Positions 39,557-50,639 of a DNA stretch of 64,000 nucleotides are shown here, in pieces. The position numbers and the translations under genes were made by a program. The notes beneath the pieces were generated by a model. It saw only the letters and a list, made by a program, of their open reading frames with translations, was not told the DNA's origin and did not search any database. The DNA comes from Octopus vulgaris. Lineage: Eukaryota. Location: assembly GCA_951406725.2 (NCBI GenBank), contig OX597816.1, positions 49,104,001-49,168,000 of the forward strand. Direction: 5' to 3'. The number at the start of each line of letters is the position of its first letter. The first letter of the stretch is position 1.

Positions 39557-41649
39557 ATTTGTGTGTTAATGGTGGTGGCCCCATTGGCTACTACCACCTG
39601 ACTTCTATCCTTCAGAAAGTCATGAAGCCATTCTCCCAGTTTTCCAACTATGTTGAGATCACGCAGTTTGTGACATATCATTCCATGATCGACTTTATCA
39701 AAGGCCTTTGCAAAGTCGAGATATATCACTTCCACATTTGAGTGGTTGAGCAGCCGTTTCAGCACCCAGTCATAGTGTTGTAGGAGCTGAGTTAAACAGC
39801 TTCTCCCTGGTCGGAAACCATGTTGGGTGTCGGGCAGCAAGTCATTCTCTTCAAGGAAGGTGATCAGCTTCCTTCTGACTATTCGTTCCATGACCTTGCT
39901 GATGTGTGAGGTCAGAGAGATAGGTCTATAGTTCTTGGCTTCCGCTCTGCTACCTCCTTTATGAATGGGGCATATTTTACCTTCCTTCAGTTTTCCTGGA
40001 AGTTTGCCAGCTGCAAGGAAGCTCTGAAAGAGGAACTGCAGTGGTCTTGCTAGGACTCTCTTACATGCTTTTAGGAGGATTGCCGGGAATCCATCGGGGC
40101 CAGTAGCTGAGTCTGTTTTCATTTCATCTATAGCCTTGGTTACATCGTCTTCCTTTATATCGATGTAATCTATCGTCGCCGCCTCTGATTTTATATCTGC
40201 AGTGGTAAAAAAGTCAGTTGGATTGGTGATTTGGAGATGCCCAAGGGGTGGAGTGAAAACACTCTTGAATTGCTCATTCAGTATTTCACTTACCCTCATT
40301 GGTTTTCCTGTAAGTGTGCCATCCTTTTCAAGGAGTGGCCCTATTCTACAGTGCACTGTAGCTGTTTCTTTGGCATACCTGTAGAAAGCTCTGGGGTTAG
40401 ATTTTATGTTTTCTATAGCCCAGGCTTCTTTGTCTGCTCTTTCTTTTTCATGGGAGAGTTGCAGACATTTTTCGATTTCCAACAGTTTTATTTTTAGGCG
40501 GGACTTTTCACTGCTTTCAATCTGTTTGTTGAGGCGATTTGAAAATTTCGTACGCCGTCTCATTAAAATTTTCCTCTCTCTGGGGATTTTGTTCTTGTGT
40601 ACAGTGGCCTTTCTCTCTGGGACACATTTGTAGCATATGGCTTGCATTACAGACATGAATTGTTGAAGTTTCACGTCGATGTCTGGCGAGGAGAGACATT
40701 CAGGCCAGTTTTGTTTGAGGATCTCTTTCTCAATTTGTTTCCAGTTTGCCTTATGGTAGTTCAAGCTGGAAAGATTTTGAGGGTTTCTTGTAGGCTGCAT
40801 GTCCGTGCTCTCTTTTGGCCCGTACATGGTCAGCTCTATCATGTTGTGATCCGAGAGTAGTGTCGGTGTCACTTTCACATTATGGATGAGATCCATGTCA
40901 TTTGTGAAGCAGAGATCCAGTGTGTTACCTGCCCTGGTTGGTTGGAGTATTACCTGCTCCATGTACAGGGTGTTGATGAGGTTCAGGAGGGACCTCGCCT
41001 GTCCTCGTTCACATCTTGTCATTCCTGGGAGAGAAAGGCCCTCGGGCCATCTGACATTGGGCAGATTGAAGTCTCCCATAAGAAGCACACCTATGTGTTG
41101 TTCTAATGTGGTTAGAATTTCTTCTATTTTTATAAGGCAGTCTTCGAACTTGCCCACATGGCTTGGGGCATCTGGAGGGCGATATGTAGCACACACAACT
41201 ACATCAAGTTGCCTAATATGTACAATTAGTGTGTCACACACCGAGTTTGAGTATGACAAGAGGACCTGGGGTGTGAGGTCCTCACGGATGTACATAGCAA
41301 CACCTCCATGACTCCTTTCTTTCCTGTCGGTCCGTAGTACAGCATACTGTGGTATGTGTAACTCCGCATCTGCTATGTCCGGTTTCAGGTGCGTTTCTGT
41401 AAGTGCTATGCATAAGGCTTGATTGCATGCAACAAAGTCTCTCAGGAACGGGATCTTTGTCCTGTTACTGAGTGTTTGCAGTCCTTTGATGTTCAGTAGG
41501 AGTATCGAGGTGAGGTGTACGTTGTTGCCGGCGGTGTCCATCCTGTGTCTGTTTGCTGTGGTGGTCTGGTATATAGTGGGTAGTCCCACCTGCGGGCTTG
41601 GGTTTGATGAAGCCAGGTCAGCTGCTGTACAATCTTTTGTGCCTTGCAC
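39557..41649 (-). CDS. LINE ORF2: AP endonuclease + reverse transcriptase, truncated by gap
   Basis: APE motifs LNIKGL, ALTETHL, GGVAMY, YRPP, MGDFN, TLDL, SDH. RT motifs NYRPISLTS, QHGFR, YLDFAKAFDKVDH. First ATG at 41541. Confidence 0.92.
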
Positions 41650-42404
41650 AAAAAAGATTGTTGCTCAGCAGCTGCTCTTTCGACAACATCATGTTGGCTG
41701 TTTGTGGCGCGCACAACATCTGCGTACCTCCGCTTTGGGGCAGGTGGTGCGTAGTCCATCCCTTTTCTTTGTGTTGATGGTTTGTCCATCTGCCTCGTGT
41801 CTCTGTGGCAGGGTCCCCGATGTGCAAAGCGGCAGCCTGCACCTTCCTTTCCGTGCCAGCAGGAACCTCTCAGGTAGAACATACACACCCGTGTGCGCTG
41901 TTTGGTTCCATCCTTTGCGGTTCCACTTCTACTCCTGGTTGTTTCACTCTTTGGTCCTGCTTGAGCTTTTTCTTTTCCTTTAGCTCTTCCAGTCCTTCTT
42001 TTAGTTCTTCTTCCTCCTTCTACCTCTTCACCGGGTTCTCCGTCTCCATGGCCCTTGCTGCCGGTTGGAGAACTTGCACCTGGGTTCACTTCCCGGGCAG
42101 GTTTCTCATTCAAAACCTCCTCCTGGGCGTCCACCAGGTGGGGGTGACTTCTTTCATCGTCTCCATTCTTGCCATCTTTGCCCCGCTCGTTCTCAAAGAT
42201 GGCATCAAGTGCGCCAATGTGCGACCGTACAAGCGCATATGAGCGCACGAATTCCTGTCTCTTTCGCTCCATCTGAGCCGCTGTCCTCTTGTAGCCTCTG
42301 CTCTTCAGCGCAGCCGCAATCACCTCGCTAGGGCTATCTCCGCCGGCGCACTCCCATGCTCGTACGAATAAATCCAGCTCGTCACGTCTCCATGCTCTGG
42401 ACAT
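41493..42404 (-). CDS. LINE ORF1 protein (303 aa): N-terminal Myb/SANT-like segment, basic linker, CCCH zinc finger
   Basis: ATG at 42404. WRRDELDLFVRAW..IAAALKSRGYKRTAAQMERK resembles trihelix Myb/SANT-like domains. CMFYLRGSCWHGKEGAGCRFAH = C-x7-C-x8-C-x3-H. Confidence 0.75.
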   Translation of the reverse strand: MSRAWRRDELDLFVRAWECAGGDSPSEVIAAALKSRGYKRTAAQMERKRQEFVRSYALVRSHIGALDAIFENERGKDGKNGDDERSHPHLVDAQEEVLNEKPAREVNPGASSPTGSKGHGDGEPGEEVEGGRRTKRRTGRAKGKEKAQAGPKSETTRSRSGTAKDGTKQRTRVCMFYLRGSCWHGKEGAGCRFAHRGPCHRDTRQMDKPSTQRKGMDYAPPAPKRRYADVVRATNSQHDVVERAAAEQQSFLCKAQKIVQQLTWLHQTQARRWDYPLYTRPPQQTDTGWTPPATTYTSPRYSY

Positions 42405-42459
42405 GCTGGATAATCCGTCTATCCGTTTATCTATCTAATTATGTTCGAGAGAAGACAGG

Positions 42460-43430
42460 AAGATATTAAGGCTAATTAGAAGATAGAGTACTTGAAAAAG
42501 AAATATTAACAATATTAAAGTTTGTGTAAAAACGTTATTTGGGTAAAAACGTTATTTAATCTTAAGGCTAATTAGGAGATAGAGTATCTGAAAATATATT
42601 AGCAATATTAATATTATATTAGAGTGTGGGTAAAAAAACGTTATTTAATCTTAAGGCTAATTTGGAGATAGAGTATCTGAAAATATATTAGCAATAGAGT
42701 GTGGGTAATATTAAACGTTATTTAATTTAATCTTAAGGCTAATTTGGAGATAGAGTATCTGAAAATATATTAGCAATTTAATATTATATTAGAGTGTGGG
42801 TAATATTAAACGTTATTTAATTTAATCTTAAGGCTAATTAGAAGATAGAGTATCTGAAGAAGTATTAACAATATTAAAACAATATTAAACGTTATTTAAT
42901 TTAATCTTAAGGCTAATTAACAATAATTATTAACAATATTAAACAATATTAAACGTTATTTAATTTAATCCTAAGGCTAATTAACAATAATTATTAACAA
43001 TATTAGACAATATTAAACGTTATTTAATTTAATCTTAAGGCTAATTAACAGTAATTATTAACAATATTAAACAATATTAAACGTTATTTAATTTAATCCT
43101 AAGGCTAATTAACAATAATTATTAACAATATTAAACGTTATTTAATTTAATCCTAAGGCTAATTAGACGTTATTAATATTAAACGTTATTTAATTTAATC
43201 TTAAGGCTAATTAGAAGATAGAGTATCTGAAAAATTATTAACAATATTAAAACAATATTAAACGTTATTTAATTTAATCTTAAGGCTAATTAACAATAAT
43301 TATTAACAATATTAAACTATATTAAACGTTATTTAATTTAATCCTAAGGCTAATTTGACGGTATCAATATTAAACGTTATTTAATTTAATCTTAAGGCTA
43401 ATTAGAAGATAGAGTATCTGGAAAATTATT
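42460..43430. repeat. Modular tandem array, 14 copies of a ~35-bp core with variable linkers
   Basis: taaggctaatt occurs at ~42467, 42563, 42652, 42734, 42829, 42908, 42972, 43036, 43100, 43154, 43202, 43281, 43345 and 43393. Core is aatattaaacgttatttaatttaatcYtaaggctaatt; period 48-96 bp. Confidence 0.95.
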
Positions 43431-43878
43431 ATATCGAGAACAGTTATTGAAAATGTAAACAAACCAAATGACGATCGCAACTTTAACTAAGATGTGGGCC
43501 TAAGTGAAAGATAAAATAGAATAATAAATAAAATATGAAATAGATGAAATTGATACTTAATCCAACAATGTGGTCTGGATAATTTTTTTTTGGTTTACGG
43601 GATTTTTTTCGGGAGAGATGCTTCTTTTTTCTTTCTTGCAGGAGATAACTTGATTCAGTTATTTTTGCACCATGTGCGTTTCGGCGAAAATGAAAATTAC
43701 TGTGTATATGTATATATTTATATATATATTTTTAAAAATATTTTTAACCAAAGTGTTGTAGTGATCTCTATGACTTAGAGTTTTACGTTTTGCAACTACA
43801 GTGGGTTATTTCGCCGTTCTATGCAGACTTTTTCACAGAGCAAAGGCAATCACGTCTTTCTCTGCTGAAAACGGAACC

Positions 43879-44507
<629 letters not shown>

Positions 44508-44674
44508 TACGACGGGCTTCTTTCAGTTTCCGTCTACCAAATCCCCTCGCAAGGCTTTGGTCAGCCCAAGGCTATAGTAGAAGACACTTGCCCAAGATGC
44601 CACGCAGTGGGACTGAACCCGGAATCATGTGGTTCGTAAACAAGCTACTTACCACACAGCCACTCCCACGCCTA
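44508..44674 (-). mobile_element. SINE family A, 5' half ending in an expanded TA tract
   Basis: cgacgggcttctttcagtttccgtctacc..cacagccactcc. Confidence 0.85.
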
Positions 44675-44933
44675 TACTTGAATATTTTTTATATGAAACT
44701 CTACATATATATCTACTGGAACTACAATTTTGAGTGATATAATAACGAATCGGATGTTTAATTATGACAGAAATGGTTTACAGTATAAAAGGAAGGCCAG
44801 TCGTAATGCGGCAAGAACATAAGAATTACAACAACAACGGCTATCACAATAAAAATAAATCCGACTACAATTTCAATTACGGTAACGACACCAATAATAA
44901 GACTATTTTTAGTATAATAATAGCATCGATAAG

Positions 44934-44934
44934 T

Positions 44935-44976
<42 letters not shown>

Positions 44977-45036
44977 TACTACTACTACTACTACTACCGC
45001 TACTACTACCACTACTACTACTACTACTACTACCGT

Positions 45037-45087
<51 letters not shown>

Positions 45088-45133
45088 CGCTACTACTACC
45101 GCTACTACTACTACTACTATTGCTGCTGCTGCT
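44934..45133. repeat. (TAC)n microsatellite
   Basis: Direct reading. Confidence 0.95.
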
Positions 45134-45159
45134 ACGTACTATTGTTATTTATTATCATC

Positions 45160-45278
45160 GAGTGAGAGAGCAGTGCATGCCATCCAAGGTTACATTTGGA
45201 TACAAATATACGAAGCCCACGTAGCCTAGTATACCCACCGTGACCACCTGTCTGATAAGGGTACGTCAGTCACGTGTA
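45160..45278. mobile_element. Partial copy of the ATT-associated element
   Basis: gtgagagagcagtgcatgccatc..aaatatacgaagc..agtataccc..gtctgataag is shared with 18551. Confidence 0.7.
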
Positions 45279-45299
45279 GAATATTATTTGATCACTTTC

Positions 45300-46000
45300 A
45301 GATACTACAGGCCTGACTGTTTTATTGAGGAACATTGCATGTTGAGTGTAAATTCTAAGGGCATGATAGTGCCGTCAGCACTGTCTGCCTGAGATTTGCG
45401 TTGATCGAGAAAACCGTCCTTCGCGCGCTCGTACAGGGCTCGAGCATTGCTACCTTGTGGAGGTAGGTCGAACAGCTGCTATTACGGATGCGGTTATCGG
45501 CTAATTACGTTGTAAAGATCGCACCGGTGCCTTCATTTATCCTGGATGGGCAGACAGTTTTCCTCTGTCTGGTGGCTCACGCGAAAGAGTTGCATGGTAG
45601 AAACGACTTAAAAGAGCAAAAGCAGACACTTCCTTTTCGGACAAGCTTTTTTCATCAGGTTCCACTTGGAAAGGAAAATGAGGTACTGCTCCACTAGATA
45701 TTTCGTAAAATGGTGGATGAATATAGCGCGATTGGCCCGAGTGAATGAGTCTGCTCCTAGTATGCACCTGGAGGAGGAAAGAGGAGCACTTGCTATGGTA
45801 TTCCTGGTGAATAAGGTGACTCAGAAGCTGTAGGGTTCTTTGCGTGACCCTGGGTTCAGTTTCCCCTTTTCGGGAAATATGTCGTTAGAATTGTTTTTTA
45901 TTGTTACCGTTTTATTGTTTCCTCATATTTATGTAAACTCCCTCTGTTCTATGTCTTTGTCTTTTCCTTAAACGTTTTGGCAGCCCTAGTATTCCATGAA
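45300..46000 (+). mobile_element. Decayed L1/Tx1-clade LINE 3' fragment
   Basis: VEQLL..RLSANYVVKIAP..VFLCLVAHAKE is homologous to the 61776 ORF C-terminus. Confidence 0.55.
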
Positions 46001-46208
46001 ATACTATAATTTTTATCATTATCATTAAATTTCTAATAACACTACAAATAGAAATAAATGTAATTCGTTAGTATTGATTTGTTCGTACACTATATAAAAA
46101 AACAACATTGTTATTGTCTTTGTTATTATGAATTATATGTAATTTAGTAATTTTCTATGAATTATCAAAATAATTATTGGGTAATGTCTTACTATTTTTC
46201 TCATATAG

Positions 46209-46340
46209 ACGTTTGTTTACGGAGCCAGTCGAGAAAGAAATATATGTATGTTATCATGATTCAGTGGAGCCGAATTTAGTTGAACTTGCTTACCAAATGA
46301 GCTTCAGCGTTGTCGCTTGAAGGAAGTATATAAGATAATG
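46209..46340 (+). pseudogene. Decayed exon of the gene relic (further coding-like remnants to ~46730)
   Basis: tttttctcatatag|..|gtatgg, phase 2->2 matching the exon ending at 32950. Reads RLFTEPVEKEIYVCYHDSVEPNLVELAYQMSFSVVA*RKYIR*. Confidence 0.5.
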
Positions 46341-46857
46341 GTATGGAAATATTGAATACAGTGATTTTAAAGACACAGAAACGTTTTTGAGTAACGTTCA
46401 CTTTGTTTTCAAGTAAGCTGTCGTGAATGCATCATGTGGACTTGAGTTAAAATTGAACGCCGAGGATTTGATATTTTTCTGAACATATCACATAATTTAG
46501 ATCAACATTGGTTCGCCAGACTGAGGCTGTTGTGAAAATGTAATGTACTGGAATTTTCTGAGTAAAAGTTAAGTGCGATAAAGCAGGGCTCCATATGCAC
46601 AGAGGGACCTACTTATCTGTTATCATCTTAATACAGAACCTGGTTGTGGCTGTTTCGAAGCTGGAGATTTGGCAACGTTGACTGGACATTCAATCTGTTT
46701 TTATTACAATACGCTTTGGAACTTGAGGGAAACACACACACACATGCATATGTTCGTGCACGCAGAAATATCCATATACATATATAAAAAGGGACAGACA
46801 TTTCGCATACAGAGAACCCTTTGACGTTTACACATATATAAACAGAAGAAGAAGAAG

Positions 46858-46922
<65 letters not shown>

Positions 46923-47860
46923 AACATCTGAAGTGAAATAAACTGCATTAAATCAGCAACATTAAATAAGCGACGCTAAAGCAGTTGTGTCAATCTTCTC
47001 ATACCAACTGCAATAAAAGTTGTGTGAAAATCCGATGAACATCGCCATTAAGTAAATGATCATAAAAAGTATCAGAAATAAATGATGGACCGGGACCTTA
47101 ATATACTTACCTGAATTGCTCTAAATATATCCAAACTGTATCAGATTACAGGATTTTCTTCATTCTCATACACATGAATGCACACAGATAAAACATTGAG
47201 CCATGCAGGTAAACTTGTATAGATCAATTTCATCGTAAAATAAAAACTATTGCATATTCACATACTGAGTTGTAATATTTTTATTTCAACTTCTAAACAT
47301 CTTCTTTCTGTGTATGTCTGTATGTGTGTGCATGTATGTGTGTGTATGTGCGTGTGCGTATGTGTGCGTGCATGCATGCGTGCGTGTCAATAAAATCTCA
47401 GAGAATGCAGGCAGCTTAGCTTCTTTATGCTTAGGGCAGTATAATCGACGAAGAGTACATGACATCCCTTCTAAGAATGATACTTTAAGTGAAGAGTTGA
47501 TGGTGGCACGTTCTTGTTATGCTTTGGCGTATGTTGCAGTTGAGGATAGGTATGACGCCGTCAGCAATAAGTCATTGCAGGATAATAAACTGTATATATA
47601 TATATATATATATATATCATTATTAATATTAGGGAAGTTATTTCCGAATCCACAGGGGAGAGAAATTTAATTTAGTGGTACTAAAACGAATTACTCTCTG
47701 TATTATATACATATATATATAGATAGGTTTAAGAAACAGAACCACCTTCAAGCAACTCAATCAACATTGAACGACATTATCTAAGATAGAGATATATAAG
47801 ATTAAATTTTATCAAAATTAATATCAACAATTCTTATTCAGAATCCTACATAAATTATAT

Positions 47861-47963
47861 AGACTACGCGCGTTTCATGACAATATCTATTGGTATTGCT
47901 GAAATAGAAGGTCTCAAAATTCAATACCATATCAATCCGACTATACAGCCAATTTTCAGGTCT
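47861..47963 (-). ncRNA. Type I hammerhead with extended helix II, G8>A core change
   Basis: agac CUGAAAA uuggc..(ugguauug/caauacca stem)..gucau GAAA cgcgcg UA gucu. Palindromic helix III. Confidence 0.6.
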
Positions 47964-48109
47964 GGATTATATATTAAGGAAGGATGCGTTCTTGTCCCAT
48001 TTTTGTATTTTTACATTAAAAAATATTGCGAAGTACGTACACTTTGGTTTCTTATATGTAAGTATATATATATATCTAAATTTTGTACGACTCTACGATT
48101 AGTAGTAAA

Positions 48110-48619
48110 TTTTCGGATGAATTTCCCATGAAATCCGACTTTGTGAAGATCTCAGCGAACAGTTTTTGTGGAAACTGGATTCTGGAGGTAGTCATTAAGC
48201 ACTGCAGTAATTTTGGGAGCTGTACTTTTGTGATCCTTTCTAGCAATTAGCATAAGAGTCCGACGGTCCCTATGTGAAAGTTTTGGTTTTCTTACGGAGA
48301 TTTGTTTCGTCGAGGAGGTCTTTCCCTTTTTCACAAAGGCTGTCAAACATTACAGCTGTTTTCGTTACGCTAGCGCTTGCCATACGAGCACCAACAATTT
48401 CACCTATTTGAGAATCCGATAGATCTGTCATTTTCATGAATTTTAATTACCTTTTTCCCATGATATCTAAAAAGAAACAGCAATTTTAGCAAAACATATT
48501 AAGCAACATAACAATAAATCAAAAACCATAAAAATAAACAAGCATGTGTCGGTTTTATAGATATTTCAAAATTATGATGCTAAGATGCTAGGTGTTTCCA
48601 TTAATTTGTCCAACCCCTG
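48110..48619 (-). mobile_element. Tc1-like transposon 5' fragment
   Basis: TA|CAGGGGTTGGACAAATTAATGGAAACACC terminus. RKPKLSHRDRRTL..TAPKITAVLN..VSTKTVR. Confidence 0.8.
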
Positions 48620-48787
48620 TATATATATATAAGTATATATATACATATGTCTATATATGTATGTTTATATATATGCATATATATATATATGTAAAAATGT
48701 ATATATATATATATATATGTGTGTGTGCGTATATATAAGTGTATATACATATATATGCATATATATATATATACACTTATATATACG

Positions 48788-48830
<43 letters not shown>

Positions 48831-48842
48831 GTTTACATATAC

Positions 48843-48878
<36 letters not shown>

Positions 48879-48913
48879 GTGTGTGTGTGTGTGTATGTGT
48901 TAAGGTATGTGTA

Positions 48914-49257
48914 TGGCCCAATGGTTAAGGCAGCGGACCCGCTGTCACTGGATTACGGTTTCGATTCCCAGACCGGGAATTGTTAGTGTTTCTTGAACAA
49001 AAACACCTAAATGTCCACGATGTTCCAGCTGTACTCTTTCGCCAAAACTTTCTCTCACTTTTCCTGTTTCTCTCGTACCTGTATTTCAAAGGGCCAGCCT
49101 TATCACACACCGTATCACACTGAATCACCCCAAGCACTACGTTAATGATACAAGTGTTTGTGGAGTGCTCAGTCACTTGCAGGTTAATCTCATGAGGAGG
49201 CTGTTCCGTTGATCAGATCAACTGTAACCCTTGTCGTCATAACCGACGGCGTGCCAC
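48914..49257 (+). mobile_element. SINE family C with alternative tail (tail fragment also at ~26062-26190)
   Basis: Head as at 4444/20604; tail cagccttatcacac..ctgaatc..actacgttaat..tggagtgctcagtcactt. Confidence 0.8.
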
Positions 49258-49336
49258 GATATATATATATATATATATTCTAACTTTTAGATATGTATAA
49301 ATATATACATGTTTACGTATGTGTATACTTATTTAC

Positions 49337-49377
<41 letters not shown>

Positions 49378-49398
49378 CACGTATATGCAAATATACAA

Positions 49399-49497
<99 letters not shown>

Positions 49498-50332
49498 CGT
49501 TTGTTTGTATGTGTGTGTATAAGCTCTGAATGTATTCCTGAGTGATAAAGAACGAACTTGAAGAAATTCTAATTGAAATTTATTGAACTGGAAGAATTGT
49601 TTGTAAATGAACGGAGTGTAAACATTCTATCGTAAATTCTTTATTGTAAATACCAACACGTTGATTTTACAAAATGTGGAAATTAACTGCGCTCTTCGAT
49701 CGGAAAAAATCACACCTTGAATAACTCAATGCAACACGTTTAAAGAAATACCAATTGAGATATATGGACCAAAAAATAATCAACAAAAAAGTACCTTTAC
49801 GAATATATAATACGTAAATATTGTATCGTATTAAGCAGCACGTTGTATTACGAAAATTTGAAAAGAGGTTCCAAATCATCCACTGCCTTGGAAATATCTG
49901 TCTCTTAGGAAAAACTGGGTGCTTTTTCTGTCATTTATTGAAAGCTATTATAAGACGAAAGTGAAAATTTATAATTTATATAAGGTCTGCTTTTGACTCA
50001 CGAAGTTATTGATTAGTGTAGATATGTTTAAATTTCGTCATTCCTAATTTAGCATCATTTCTGTAGTCACAGACAAGCATATATTTATTTATTTTTTTTT
50101 TCTTATATCCACTAAAGTCGATTCTTTTCAGGAGTTTGCAAATCAGATGGCCATCACTTCTCTCTCTCTCTCTCTTTTTCTCACATGTCTCCATCACACC
50201 GTCTTTTCTTCGTTTCTCTCTTTCTCTCTATTTCTCTTCTCTAAATATATAGTTACTCTTTCTCTGTTTCTTTATTTCACTCCATCACACTATCTTCCTT
50301 CTCTCAGCGCCTCAATCTCTCTTTTCCTCGTT

Positions 50333-50363
<31 letters not shown>

Positions 50364-50639
50364 CTCTCTTCTCTATAAATACATAGACACTCACGCTCCG
50401 TTTCTCGTTTTCTTTACTTCTCTCCATCACACCGTTCTTCTTCTTCTCTCTCCCTTTCAATCTCCCTAAATATATATATATATATATACACACACACTCT
50501 TTCTCTCTCCTTTTTACTTTTTCACTTCTCTCCATTACGCCTTATTCTCTCTCTGTCTCTTCATTTCTCAGACAGTTTCTTTCTCTATTTCTTCACTACC
50601 CTCCACCTCACTGTTCCAAAAATACATAAATGATGTCCA

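Larger units (their letters stand above)
39557..43878 (-). mobile_element. Young, apparently 5'-complete CR1/L2-group LINE (3' part lost in assembly gap)
   Basis: Intact ORF1 and an uninterrupted APE-RT ORF2 up to the N-run. The ~1.47 kb 5' region contains a tandem array and ends at a hairpin abutting (TA)n at 43879. The 5' boundary is inferred. Confidence 0.85.

Noticed and set aside
39148-41649. 833-aa ORF suggesting a novel APE-RT-GIY-YIG fusion
   Set aside because: The two parts are joined only through a 100-N placeholder gap. The RT is cut mid-domain and the C-terminal part belongs to a Penelope-like element.
42460-43430. CRISPR-like array beside a reverse transcriptase
   Set aside because: Linkers are re-used modules of variable length rather than unique spacers, there are no cas genes, and the context is a eukaryotic LINE.
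44764-45165. Poly-Tyr ORF
   Set aside because: Translation of a (TAC)n microsatellite.
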